A stretch of DNA of 32,000 bases from Halogeometricum borinquense DSM 11551 (lineage in GTDB: Archaea > Halobacteriota > Halobacteria > Halobacteriales > Haloferacaceae). Positions within the stretch are counted from its first letter, which is position 1. Every line of letters begins with the position of its first letter. This document shows, piece by piece, positions 8,224-17,647 of this stretch. Under the pieces are notes generated by a model. The model was not told the origin of the DNA and made no database searches. It was given only the letters and a program-made list of their open reading frames with translations. Where the stretch lies: positions 270,001 to 302,000 of the forward strand of contig NC_014735.1 of the NCBI RefSeq assembly GCF_000172995.2. Direction: 5' to 3'. The position numbers and the translations under genes were made by a program.

Positions 8224-9318
8224 ATGCAGGATTTAGGTAGACCTAAAACGAATCGTGTGTCGGAGTATTCCTCGAGCAGTTACGGGCGACGTGGTTTTCT
8301 CGCGCGGGCAGGCGCAGTTGCTGGAACCGCAGCTATCGGCGGTCTCGCAGGCTGTACATCTTTGACTGGGGGCGGAAGCAACATCGACACCCTGAATGTA
8401 GCGTACAAGCCCGTCTTTCCGTTCCTGCAGCGGCACATCATGGACCAGCAGGGCTTTTTCGACGAACTCGGACCGTCGGTCGAACAGACTAATTTCGCCG
8501 ATAAGGGCCTTACAATCGTCAAGGCGTACGCTGACGGCGATATCGACCTCGCATTCATGGGTATCACGCCGGTCATCAAGATGAAGCACAAGGGTATCCC
8601 GGGAAAAGTGACCGCGGCCAACCACAAGAACGGGTTCGTCGCCATGGCTCACGAGGAGTTTGTAAGCCTCTGGGAGAAACACGGTGCCGACGCCTTCCAG
8701 AAGTTCCGCGAACAGAACGGCCGGAAGTTCCGCTTTAGCACGTTCCCGAAAGGGAGTGTCGCCTACATCCTCGTCCAGTATTGGCTTCGTGAGGAACTCG
8801 GCGTCTCGCCGGACGTTGTCGAAATCGAAACGCTGGGGGGTGCAGGCCCGGTTCGGCAGTCGTTACTCACTGGTAACGCTGACGGAACGTTCATCATGGA
8901 ACCAATCCCCACCGCGTTACAGTTGAAAGACGCTCCCTTCGAGTGGCTCACCTGGTCCGGCGAGTTTATGTCCGGCCAGCCCGGTGGCGTCATGTTTATG
9001 CACGACCGCCTTTGGAAGGACAGTCCAGATCTTGCGCAGTCCATCGTTGAGAAACACGTCCGCGCTACCCAACTCATCAATAACAAGCCCGACACCGCGG
9101 CCAAGGCGGTCAGTCAGACACTCGGCGAGAAACTGCCGCTCAAAGTCGCAAAGAAGGCGGTGCGGTCGAAGGCGTCGAACTACATCTCGAATCCCACCGA
9201 GATCGCGGATGGAACGCAACTGTTCGTCGATGAGATGAAGTCGCTCGGCCAGATCAAGCAGACAGTCGAAACAGGGACCATATTCGAGCCGTCCCTGCAC
9301 CGCGAGGTCTCGCAGTAG
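8224..9318 (+). CDS. ABC transporter substrate-binding lipoprotein, NMT1/THI5-like (nitrate/sulfonate/taurine class)
   Basis: Tat signal plus lipobox RRGFLARAGAVAGTAAIGGLAGC. It is followed 1 nt later by the permease gene. ATG 8224 has AATATATT about 30 nt upstream; the track start is TTG 8206. Confidence 0.85.
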   Translation: MQDLGRPKTNRVSEYSSSSYGRRGFLARAGAVAGTAAIGGLAGCTSLTGGGSNIDTLNVAYKPVFPFLQRHIMDQQGFFDELGPSVEQTNFADKGLTIVKAYADGDIDLAFMGITPVIKMKHKGIPGKVTAANHKNGFVAMAHEEFVSLWEKHGADAFQKFREQNGRKFRFSTFPKGSVAYILVQYWLREELGVSPDVVEIETLGGAGPVRQSLLTGNADGTFIMEPIPTALQLKDAPFEWLTWSGEFMSGQPGGVMFMHDRLWKDSPDLAQSIVEKHVRATQLINNKPDTAAKAVSQTLGEKLPLKVAKKAVRSKASNYISNPTEIADGTQLFVDEMKSLGQIKQTVETGTIFEPSLHREVSQ

Positions 9319-9319
9319 G

Positions 9320-10144
9320 ATGGCTACCGAGTTCGACCGTGGTGGCGAGAGCGACGGGTCCCGAGCGTCGTCAGCGCGGCAGATGCTGTTCGGCGGCGGG
9401 TTCGAGCGCAAGCGAATCAGTCGCGGAGTACTCGGAACCGGTTGCTTTCTCGCACTCTGGTGGCTCGCTGGGCGGACACAACCGTCGTATCTTCTCCCGA
9501 CGCCACCTGAGGTCGGTCTCGCGCTTTGGACAGAACTCACGAGCGGTGAGCTATTCGTCCATCTCGGACAGAGCCTCCTCCATTACGTTCCGGGTGTTGT
9601 CGTTGGTGTGACGGTCGGTAGTGCAGTCGGCATCGCGGTCGGATGGAGCGACGCACTTGATGACGCCTGCACACCAATCATCCGGATACTTCGCCCGATT
9701 CCGCCGCTCGCCTGGATCGTATTTGCTATCATCTGGTTCGGACTCGGCCACTCGGGCGCGGCCTTTATTGTGTTCATCGGCGCGTTCTGGATCACGTTTT
9801 ACAACGCCTACAGCGGCGTTGAAAGCGCTTCTCGTGAACTGATGGAAGTTGCCGAGACGCTTGGTGTGGACACCGACTGGCGATTGATTCGTCGGGTCGT
9901 CCTTCCGGACGCGACACCAGAGCTGTTGACTGGACTGCGGACGAGCGTCGGCCAGTGTTGGATGATGGTCATTGCGGCAGAACTGTTCGGTGCGCCGGGC
10001 GTCGGGTACGAGATTATTACGAGTTCAAACAATCTCGCTACGGAGCGAAGTGTCGCCTATATGCTTACGATCAGCGCCGTGTTTCTGGTGAGTGACTGGG
10101 GCGTTCGCCGACTCGAAGCGAGACTGCTCGCGTGGCGACAATGA
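9320..10144 (+). CDS. ABC transporter permease (SsuC/TauC-like, BPD_transp_1)
   Basis: Six hydrophobic segments and an EAA-type loop (EVAETLGVDTDWRLIRRVVLPDATPELLTGLRTSVG). The stop overlaps the ATPase start in an ATGA at 10141-10144. Confidence 0.9.
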   Translation: MATEFDRGGESDGSRASSARQMLFGGGFERKRISRGVLGTGCFLALWWLAGRTQPSYLLPTPPEVGLALWTELTSGELFVHLGQSLLHYVPGVVVGVTVGSAVGIAVGWSDALDDACTPIIRILRPIPPLAWIVFAIIWFGLGHSGAAFIVFIGAFWITFYNAYSGVESASRELMEVAETLGVDTDWRLIRRVVLPDATPELLTGLRTSVGQCWMMVIAAELFGAPGVGYEIITSSNNLATERSVAYMLTISAVFLVSDWGVRRLEARLLAWRQ

Positions 10145-10929
10145 CCGGCACTGAGTCGTCGTCCGCCGCACTGATTTCGCTCGAAAACGTCGATAAACGG
10201 TACGAATCCACGAATGGGAGTGGGACCGACGCGTTGACGAACATCTCCTTCAGCGTTGCGTCCGGCGAGTTTGTGACTGTCGTCGGGCCGTCCGGATGTG
10301 GGAAGACGACGTTGATTCGCCTCGTCGGTGGGTTGGAGTCGCCGACGAGCGGTGCAGTTCGGGTCGATGGACGAACTGTGTCCGGTCCATCACCGAATCG
10401 GGCGATGGTGTTCCAAGAGCACCGGCTGTTCCCGTGGTTGACCGTCCGAGAGAACATCGCGTTTGGCCTCGTTGAAGCGGGCGTTCCAGAGCGTACGAGA
10501 ACTGAACGGACGGACGAGTTGCTCGAACTTGTTGGACTAGTGGAGTACAGTGACATGTATCCCACAGCACTGTCTGGTGGGATGAAACAGCGTGTCGGAC
10601 TCGCACGTGCGCTTGCAGTGGATCCGGACATTCTGTTGATGGACGAGCCGTTCGGGAGCGTTGACGCACAGACGAGACGGACATTACAGGGCGAACTGCT
10701 CGACATTTGGCGTGAAACTGGTAAGACGGTGTTGTTTGTCACACACGATGTCGAGGAGGCTGTCCGCTTGGGCGACCGCCTTCTCGTGATGCAAAACAAT
10801 CCCGGACGTATTCGGAACTCTTTGGACGTGGATATCGCTCGGCCGCGAACTGGTCAGCGGGAGGAGTTAGCGGCACTCGAAACACGAGTGCTTGATCTGC
10901 TGAATAAGTCGGGTACCCGTAGCGTCTGA
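10141..10929 (+). CDS. ABC transporter ATP-binding protein (SsuB/TauB-like)
   Basis: Walker A GPSGCGKTT, signature LSGGMKQRVGLARAL, Walker B LLMDEPF and H-loop VTHD. Confidence 0.9.
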   Translation: MTGTESSSAALISLENVDKRYESTNGSGTDALTNISFSVASGEFVTVVGPSGCGKTTLIRLVGGLESPTSGAVRVDGRTVSGPSPNRAMVFQEHRLFPWLTVRENIAFGLVEAGVPERTRTERTDELLELVGLVEYSDMYPTALSGGMKQRVGLARALAVDPDILLMDEPFGSVDAQTRRTLQGELLDIWRETGKTVLFVTHDVEEAVRLGDRLLVMQNNPGRIRNSLDVDIARPRTGQREELAALETRVLDLLNKSGTRSV

Positions 10930-10978
10930 GAGACGCCTGCAACGTAGGGCAGTTCGTGGTTACCACACTCGGTCGCCG

Positions 10979-11203
10979 TTACCCCACATACTGCATTAGA
11001 TACCGTGGAATACTGACGAACGCATAGATATCGGTCATTGCATGCGCGAGGATACATGTGAACAGATTCCGTCGCCAGACGTAGAGAAGCGTTGATAGCA
11101 CTGCATTCACGCTGATCTGGAGCGCCCCACCGACGCCCAAAAAGGGATGTGAAAGAGTACAAAAAAGAGTAAAGGCACACGCTATCGGTCCGGTCGGGAT
11201 CAT
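10979..11203 (-). pseudogene. CPBP (CAAX/Abi) intramembrane protease remnant, N-terminally truncated
   Basis: The 74-aa hydrophobic ORF ends in ILAHAMTDIY (HxxxD/N motif 3) and has an FxxxxH-like motif 2 (FCTLSH). The EExxxR motif 1 and the N-terminal half are missing. Confidence 0.4.
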
Positions 11204-11282
11204 CTTCGCAATCGGTGCCGCTCTTTCCAGACTGTTTGGTGGAGAGTAAGACGCTCGGATGGATTTCGATTGCGCTCGATGA

Positions 11283-11317
11283 CGTATCGTATCGTATCGT
11301 ATCGTATCGTATCGTAT
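11283..11317. repeat. (CGTAT)7 pentanucleotide microsatellite
   Basis: Seven perfect tandem units read directly, about 100 nt upstream of the acs ATG. Confidence 0.95.
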
Positions 11318-11418
11318 CGACCAAAACTATTCTCTCATCGTGTGGAATATACTTACGCCAGTACATTCTCCCAACCATAAGGAACAATTATGTGGGTGAG
11401 TGCTGTCAAGTGATCTGT

Positions 11419-13101
11419 ATGTCGAATGGTCACAATTTGGTCGATTACGAAACGGAACGCGAGGCGTTTTCGTGGGACGACATCTACGCCGAGGCAGACT
11501 GGGATGCACCCGAGAAACTGAACATCGCACACGAGGTCGTTGATCGACATGCGACTGACCGCGAACGGGTCGCGCTCTATCAAGTAGACACCGACGGGGA
11601 ACTCACCAAGATGACGTTCTGGGAGTTGGCAGACCGATCAAGCCAGTTCGCAAACGTTCTCGACAGACTCGGCGTCGAACAAGGCGACCGCGTCTTCTCG
11701 TACATGCCCCGAATTCCCGAACATTACGTCGCTTTAATCGGGACACTCAAACACGGCGCTGTCTGGGGGAGCGTCAACGAGCGGTTCGGTCCCGACGGAA
11801 TCGCATATCGACTTGATGACTGTGATGCGAAGGTTGTCGTCACTACGACTGACAACCGCGAGACAGTCGCTGACGCACTGGACGATGCACCCGCAGTTGA
11901 GCACGTCATTACTGTGGACCGTGGTGGCGGTGCGCCTGTCGAGGATGTCGTCTTCAACACCGCGCTCGATGGCGCGAGCAAGGAGTACGAAGCCGCCGAA
12001 ACCGGCGGCGAGGACAACGCACTGCTGTACTATACCTCGGGGACGACAGGTCTGGCAAAAGGCGTCCTCCACAAACAGCGTTGGGTGGCTGGCGTCGCGG
12101 CGACCCAAAAGTACGCCGTTGATCTCCAACCGGGTGACCTCTACTGGAGTACCGGCGATCTGGGCTGGCTAACGGGCGCTATCAACACGCTGGGTGCTTG
12201 GTTCTGGGGGACTTCGCTGTTTACCTATGAAGGCGAGTTCGATCCCACGGAGTGGGCCGATCTACTCGACGAGTTTCCCGTCACCGTCCTGTTCTCGGTT
12301 CCGACAGCCTACCGGATGCTTCGGGAGAAAGAGGACGTACTGGACGATGTCGATCTCGACCTGCGTCACGCGCTCTCTATCGGAGAACCGCTCAGCGCCG
12401 GTGTTGTCGAGTGGGGCAAAGAGAATCTCGGCGTCACGATTCTCGACACGTACGGCCAGACCGAGACCGGGAACATGATCATCAACAACTACCCGACGAT
12501 GGAACTCCGCCCCGGGTCGATGGGGAAACCGCTCCCCGGCATCGAAGCCGACATCGTTGACCCCGATACCGGCGAGGTGTTGCCGCCGGGTGAGACAGGG
12601 GAAATTGCCGAACGCGGCGACTATCCGTGTTTCTTCGCCGAGTACTGGAACAAACCGGAGAAGACGGCGGCGTGCTTCGTCGAAGGCGACAGCGGTGAAT
12701 GGTATCTCTCCGGTGACCTTGCATACAAAGACGAAGACGGATACTTCTGGTTCGAGGGGCGCGCAGATGACGTGATCCTCTCGTCGGGGTACCGCATCGG
12801 TCCGTTCGAAGTCGAAAGTTCGTTGGGCGAACACGAAGCGGTCGCGGAGTCGGCCGTGGTCCCGAAACCGCATCCCGAGCGGGGTAACATCGTGAAGGCG
12901 TATGTCGTCCTTAGCGAGGGAACCGAGCCCTCAGAGAGCCTCAAAGAGGACATCAAGAACAAGGTCAAGTCGGACCTCTCGGCCCACGAGTACCCGCGCG
13001 AAATCGAGTTCCGCGACGAACTCCCGAAAACGGTAACCGGAAAGATTCGCCGAACCGAACTGCAGGACGAAGCCGAAAACGAGACAGAAACGTCGTCCTG
13101 A
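11419..13101 (+). CDS. AMP-forming acyl-CoA synthetase (acetyl/medium-chain acyl-CoA ligase family)
   Basis: YYTSGTTGLAKGV, TYGQTETG, GDLAYKDEDGYFWFEGRADDVI and PKTVTGKIRR. I chose ATG 11419 (MSNGHNLVDYETEREAF). The track ORF start at 11215 would translate through the microsatellite. Confidence 0.9.
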   Translation: MSNGHNLVDYETEREAFSWDDIYAEADWDAPEKLNIAHEVVDRHATDRERVALYQVDTDGELTKMTFWELADRSSQFANVLDRLGVEQGDRVFSYMPRIPEHYVALIGTLKHGAVWGSVNERFGPDGIAYRLDDCDAKVVVTTTDNRETVADALDDAPAVEHVITVDRGGGAPVEDVVFNTALDGASKEYEAAETGGEDNALLYYTSGTTGLAKGVLHKQRWVAGVAATQKYAVDLQPGDLYWSTGDLGWLTGAINTLGAWFWGTSLFTYEGEFDPTEWADLLDEFPVTVLFSVPTAYRMLREKEDVLDDVDLDLRHALSIGEPLSAGVVEWGKENLGVTILDTYGQTETGNMIINNYPTMELRPGSMGKPLPGIEADIVDPDTGEVLPPGETGEIAERGDYPCFFAEYWNKPEKTAACFVEGDSGEWYLSGDLAYKDEDGYFWFEGRADDVILSSGYRIGPFEVESSLGEHEAVAESAVVPKPHPERGNIVKAYVVLSEGTEPSESLKEDIKNKVKSDLSAHEYPREIEFRDELPKTVTGKIRRTELQDEAENETETSS

Positions 13102-13115
13102 GTCTCTTTTCTCAT

Positions 13116-13198
13116 TTCCCTTCCCTTCCCTTCCCTTCCCTTCCCTTCCCTTCCCTTCCCTTCCCTTCCCTTCCCTTCCCTTCCCTTCCCTTCCCTTC
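13116..13198. repeat. (TTCCC)16 microsatellite, which reads (GGGAA)16 on the minus strand
   Basis: Sixteen perfect units (13116-13195) plus a partial TTC. It lies 15 nt after the acs stop and 72 nt before the acnA ATG. Confidence 0.98.
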
Positions 13199-13269
13199 GA
13201 GTACCCGGGTTATTCTCACCCGATTAGATTCGGCACGAGGTTGATACTGGTACTTGTCCAAGTTCTACT

Positions 13270-16095
13270 ATGGCTGACACTGATCCGTTCGGAGCCGTCC
13301 GAGAACTCGAACTCGACGGCCGGTCGTACAAAATGGCGGACCTCACGGTCCTCGAAGATGAGGGGCTGTGTGATCTCGACAGTCTCCCAGTGAGTATTCG
13401 AATCCTTCTCGAATCCGTTCTCCGAAACGTCGATGGCGAGCAGATAACCGCGGCGGACGTTCGGAACACCGCAGCATGGAAGCCGGACGTTCCTGATACG
13501 GAGGTTCCGTTCTCCCCGTCACGGGTCGTTTTACAGGATTTGACCGGCGTTCCTGCAGTCGTTGATTTGGCCGCACTCCGGTCAGAAGTTGATCGAAAGG
13601 GTCGAGACCCGACGCTGGTCGAACCTGAAATTCCCTGTGACCTCGTTATCGATCACAGCGTGCAAGTCGATTATTTCGGCACTGGAGACGCGTACGAGAA
13701 GAACGTCGAACTGGAGTATGAACGTAATGCGGAACGCTACCGCGCTATCAAGTGGGCACAGAACGCATTCGAGAACTTCAACGTCGTCCCGCCGGGGACG
13801 GGTATCGTCCACCAAGTGAACTTAGAGCATCTCGGCCGCGTCGTACACGAACGAGAACGTGACGGAGCGGAGTGGCTTCTCCCGGACACGCTCGTCGGGA
13901 CGGACAGCCACACGCCGATGATCGGTGGTATCGGCGTCGTCGGCTGGGGTGTCGGTGGTATCGAAGCCGAGGCGGCGATGCTCGGTCAGCCGATCACGAT
14001 GAAACTCCCCGAAGTCGTCGGTGTCCGCCTCGACGGCGAACTTCCCGACGGAGCGACGGCGACTGATCTCGTCCTTCATATTACCGAGCAACTCCGCGAC
14101 GTGGGCGTGGTTGACCGGTTCGTCGAGTTCTTCGGTCCCGGTGTCGAGAATCTCTCCGTCCCGGACCGTGCGACGATTGCGAATATGGCTCCGGAGCAAG
14201 GTTCGACGATCAGTGTGTTCCCCGTGGATGAAACCACGCTCGATTACCTCGAACTCACGGGCCGTGACCCCGAACACATCGAAGTCGTCCGCGAGTATCT
14301 CGAAGCACAGGGACTGTTCGGCGAGCAGGAACCGGAGTACACCGAGGTCGTGGAGTTCGACCTTTCAACGGTCGAACCCAGCCTTGCCGGCCACAAACGC
14401 CCGCAGGACCGCATCCCGATGGGCGACGTAAAACACAGTTTCCGGAGTCTGATTCACGGTGAGTTCGAGGACGAACTCGGCGATATCGACGAGGATGCGC
14501 TTCGTCGGTGGCTCGGTGACGGTGGCGGTGCAACTGCGGAGACTGACGGTGGCGATGTGGAGACACAGGCTCGTGGTGATGTACAACTGGATGATTCCGG
14601 TGGTACCGAGCTAGGTCCGCTGACCAAGCGAGTCACAGTCGAGTTGGATGACGAGGAGATCGAAATCGGTCACGGTGACGTTCTCGTCAGCGCTATCACG
14701 AGTTGTACGAACACGTCGAACCCGTCGGTTATGATGGCGGCTGGCTTGCTCGCCCGCAACGCCGTCGAGCGTGGGCTTGATGTCCCGTCGTACGTCAAGA
14801 CGAGTCTGGCGCCCGGAAGCCGCGTTGTCACTGAGTACTTGGAAGCGTCGGGACTTCTCGACTCCCTCGAAAAACTGGGCTACGACGTGGTTGGCTACGG
14901 TTGTACGACCTGTATCGGGAACGCCGGTCCGCTTCCTGATCCAATCGAAGCAGCCATCGACACACACGACCTTTGGACGACGAGCGTCCTTTCGGGCAAC
15001 CGCAATTTCGAGGCGCGTATTCACCCGAAGATTCGCGCAAACTACCTTGCGAGTCCGCCGCTGGTCGTCGCGTACGGGCTGGCGGGACGGATGGACATCG
15101 ACCTCGAAACTGAACCGCTGGGGACTGACGAGAGCGGTGAGCCGGTCTATCTCGCCGACATCTGGCCGGATGCAGACGAGGTGCAGGCGGCGATTCACGA
15201 CAGCGTCTCGCCGGACCTGTTCGCCGCGAAGTATGCCTCGGTGTACGAGGGCGACGAGCGGTGGGACGCACTCGATGCGCCGACGGGTGCAGTCTACGAG
15301 TGGGACGACGACTCGACGTACATCCGCGAACCGCCGTTTTTCACGGACTTCCCGCTGGAAAAACCAGGTGTTGCTGATATCGACGGTGCACGCTGTCTCC
15401 TGACGCTCGGGGACACCGTGACGACCGACCATATCAGCCCCGCGGGGCCGTTCGGTCCCGACCTTCCGGCTGGCCAGTGGTTACGAGACCACGGCGTCGA
15501 ACCCCATGAGTTCAACACGTACGGCTCCCGCCGCGGCAACCACGAGGTGATGATGCGTGGGACGTTTGCGAACGTCCGCATCGAGAACCAGATGCTCGAC
15601 GACGTTGAAGGTGGGTATACGATTCACCACCCGACCGACGAGCAGACGACCGTCTACGAAGCCAGCCAACGCTACCGCGAGGAGGAGATTCCACTCGTCG
15701 TGCTGGCAGGCGAGGAGTTCGGTACCGGATCCAGCCGTGATTGGGCGGCGAAGGGGACGGACCTGTTAGGCGTCCGTGCGACGATTGCGGAGAGCTACGA
15801 ACGCATCTACCGGGATAATCTCGTCGGTATGGGGGTTCTCCCGCTCCAGTTCCACGGAAACGACTCGTGGGAATCGCTGGGTCTCGACGGAACTGAAGTA
15901 TTCACGATTCGCGGACTAGCCGACGGGCTTGACGTCATGGACGAACTGACGGTTGTCGCCGAACGTGACGACGGTTCGACGGTCGAGTTCCCCGTCACTG
16001 CCCAAGTCGGGACGCCCGCCGCTGTGACGTACATCGAACACGGCGGGATTCTACACTACGTCCTCCGCCAGTTGCTCACTGAATCGGCGCACTAG
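13270..16095 (+). CDS. acnA: Aconitate hydratase A
   Basis: TDSHTPM, ITSCTNTSNP, GCTTCIGN and GSSRDWAAKG. Full-length 941 aa. Confidence 0.95.
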   Translation: MADTDPFGAVRELELDGRSYKMADLTVLEDEGLCDLDSLPVSIRILLESVLRNVDGEQITAADVRNTAAWKPDVPDTEVPFSPSRVVLQDLTGVPAVVDLAALRSEVDRKGRDPTLVEPEIPCDLVIDHSVQVDYFGTGDAYEKNVELEYERNAERYRAIKWAQNAFENFNVVPPGTGIVHQVNLEHLGRVVHERERDGAEWLLPDTLVGTDSHTPMIGGIGVVGWGVGGIEAEAAMLGQPITMKLPEVVGVRLDGELPDGATATDLVLHITEQLRDVGVVDRFVEFFGPGVENLSVPDRATIANMAPEQGSTISVFPVDETTLDYLELTGRDPEHIEVVREYLEAQGLFGEQEPEYTEVVEFDLSTVEPSLAGHKRPQDRIPMGDVKHSFRSLIHGEFEDELGDIDEDALRRWLGDGGGATAETDGGDVETQARGDVQLDDSGGTELGPLTKRVTVELDDEEIEIGHGDVLVSAITSCTNTSNPSVMMAAGLLARNAVERGLDVPSYVKTSLAPGSRVVTEYLEASGLLDSLEKLGYDVVGYGCTTCIGNAGPLPDPIEAAIDTHDLWTTSVLSGNRNFEARIHPKIRANYLASPPLVVAYGLAGRMDIDLETEPLGTDESGEPVYLADIWPDADEVQAAIHDSVSPDLFAAKYASVYEGDERWDALDAPTGAVYEWDDDSTYIREPPFFTDFPLEKPGVADIDGARCLLTLGDTVTTDHISPAGPFGPDLPAGQWLRDHGVEPHEFNTYGSRRGNHEVMMRGTFANVRIENQMLDDVEGGYTIHHPTDEQTTVYEASQRYREEEIPLVVLAGEEFGTGSSRDWAAKGTDLLGVRATIAESYERIYRDNLVGMGVLPLQFHGNDSWESLGLDGTEVFTIRGLADGLDVMDELTVVAERDDGSTVEFPVTAQVGTPAAVTYIEHGGILHYVLRQLLTESAH

Positions 16096-16431
16096 TGGTC
16101 GCCGCACTCGTCACCATTCGGTGACACTGACCGCGACAGAGCCGGACGGCTCGCATTGGGTCTGGTTGTCGTTGGCGACGCCGCAGTCAACGTCTCTCTT
16201 ATGGCCGATGTCGACGCGACCGTCGAGCAACCGGGCTACCGCGGCTATTGCGTTGCTCAGCTCGATGCTGGAATCGCACTCGGGTGGTTGTATCTGACGA
16301 CCGATGCCCATCGACGGCTCGGCGGTCGTGGATTCACCTTTTATAATGCTCTCGTGACCGAGGAATGCTCACCGCGACCCGAGAATCAGTTGCCGATGAC
16401 GGCGTTCGCATTCGGCAACCTAGCGGAGTGA
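16096..16431 (+). pseudogene. Nitroreductase (SagB-type) family C-terminal remnant
   Basis: The frame is open from immediately after the acnA stop. The segment DAAVNVSLMADVDATVEQPGYRGYCVAQLDAGIALGWLYLTTDAHRRLGGRGFTFYNALVTEECSP resembles the C-terminal third of haloarchaeal nitroreductase-family proteins. There is no N-terminal part and no ATG. Confidence 0.45.
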
Positions 16432-16435
16432 GATA

Positions 16436-17647
16436 TTACGCACCGGGAGCAGTTTCGAACAGCGCGTCGATCTTATCGAGCGAGGTGTCGGTCGGAGCGA
16501 GAACGTCGATCAGCGATTCGATCTCTCCTTCGGGGCCGAGATCGTCAACGTCCGAGGCGTAGCCGGTATTGTAGCTTTCGACGACGGACGCGAGAACGGC
16601 CGCCGCTCGTTGGGCTTCCTCAGCATCGTCGTAGTATTTGGGATGCATGTTTCTCGCGAACCCGGCAACGACCGATCCGAGTGTGGTTCGGTCGCCAGTC
16701 CCAGCGCGTTCCGAGACGCTGTCGTTGAGAGTTTCAGCGAGTTCTCGATAGGCCTTGACGTACGTTTCGTACGCTTGGAATCGCTGTTCGACGTATTTAG
16801 TTGCATTCACGGTCCATTGCGCTTCCCGTAGAGAGTCGGGCATCGACGACGGTACATCGACTTGGAACTCGATCTCACAGTCGTCTGGACTGTTCTCGGC
16901 GAGTTCTTCGCGACGGTCTTCGAGGACTTGAACGCACATAATCGCCGTAGCGACGGTGTTAATTTGCTCGCTGATCAGTCCGTGAATCGTATCGACCGGT
17001 CCGATAAACGACAGTACCGCGATTAGCACGTAGTAACTTCCGACGGCCCATTCACCGATTGTCCACGACGGAAGCGATCCGGTCACATAGACGATCGCGG
17101 CAGCGACAATCGGGAGCAAGATACCGGTCCAGCTTGTCCAGGTAATTTGTGTCCGTGTTCCGCCGAGCACACTCCAGAAGTACGAGCTGTTGTACCGATA
17201 CGCGATAACGAGCGCAGCAAGAGCGATACCGAGCCACTGTGAAAGGCCGTTCAGGAACGTGATCGCGACGAAAGCGATGATAAAAATGAGTGCGGATGCT
17301 GCTGCAGAGGTAATGTGGGTGATCGGATTTCTCAATACGCCGACGTCCGATTGCAGATCGTCCGGTGCGAGTAACCCAAACAACAGGAACGTGCTCACGT
17401 TTATCCCAACGGTAATACTGACACTCACAATCGCGAACGCCCCCACTGACGGGTCAGTGACGAGCACGCCCAACTGTGAAATACCCTCGATCTCACCAAA
17501 CTGAATCAGTCCTGCAACTGCCAGGAATAGCCCGACAGTCATCGACAAAACTCCTGCAAACACTGCCCTGCGACGGGGATACAGGTATCCAAACGCGATA
17601 CCTTGCTGAAACCCATGTTCGACTTTTTCAGAGTACGACCGTGGCAT
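16436..17647 (-). CDS. Polytopic membrane protein (about 6 TM) with acidic ~170-aa C-terminal soluble domain, unknown function
   Basis: ATG start with a TTAATTAAAT TATA-like box about 30 nt upstream. Haloarchaeal composition. I recognised no family motif. Confidence 0.75.
   Translation of the reverse strand: MPRSYSEKVEHGFQQGIAFGYLYPRRRAVFAGVLSMTVGLFLAVAGLIQFGEIEGISQLGVLVTDPSVGAFAIVSVSITVGINVSTFLLFGLLAPDDLQSDVGVLRNPITHITSAAASALIFIIAFVAITFLNGLSQWLGIALAALVIAYRYNSSYFWSVLGGTRTQITWTSWTGILLPIVAAAIVYVTGSLPSWTIGEWAVGSYYVLIAVLSFIGPVDTIHGLISEQINTVATAIMCVQVLEDRREELAENSPDDCEIEFQVDVPSSMPDSLREAQWTVNATKYVEQRFQAYETYVKAYRELAETLNDSVSERAGTGDRTTLGSVVAGFARNMHPKYYDDAEEAQRAAAVLASVVESYNTGYASDVDDLGPEGEIESLIDVLAPTDTSLDKIDALFETAPGA

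Noticed and set aside
11215-11418. N-terminal extension of the acs ORF (track start 11215)
   Set aside because: It would translate the (CGTAT)7 microsatellite as SYRIVSYRIV along with AT-rich DNA. Acyl-CoA synthetase homology begins only after ATG 11419.
11283-13198. Tandem repeats as a possible CRISPR array
   Set aside because: The units are 5 nt with no spacers. These are simple microsatellites, and there are no cas genes in the window.
14460-14625. About 45-aa Gly/Asp/Glu/Thr-rich insertion in aconitase between the RPQDR and ITSCTNTSNP motifs
   Set aside because: Acidic surface-loop insertions are a common halophilic adaptation. The reading frame and all catalytic motifs are intact, so this is not evidence of a novel domain.
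14611-15432. 273-aa minus-strand ORF
   Set aside because: It is antisense to aconitase, which is full length with all signature motifs. The product is basic and Arg-rich.
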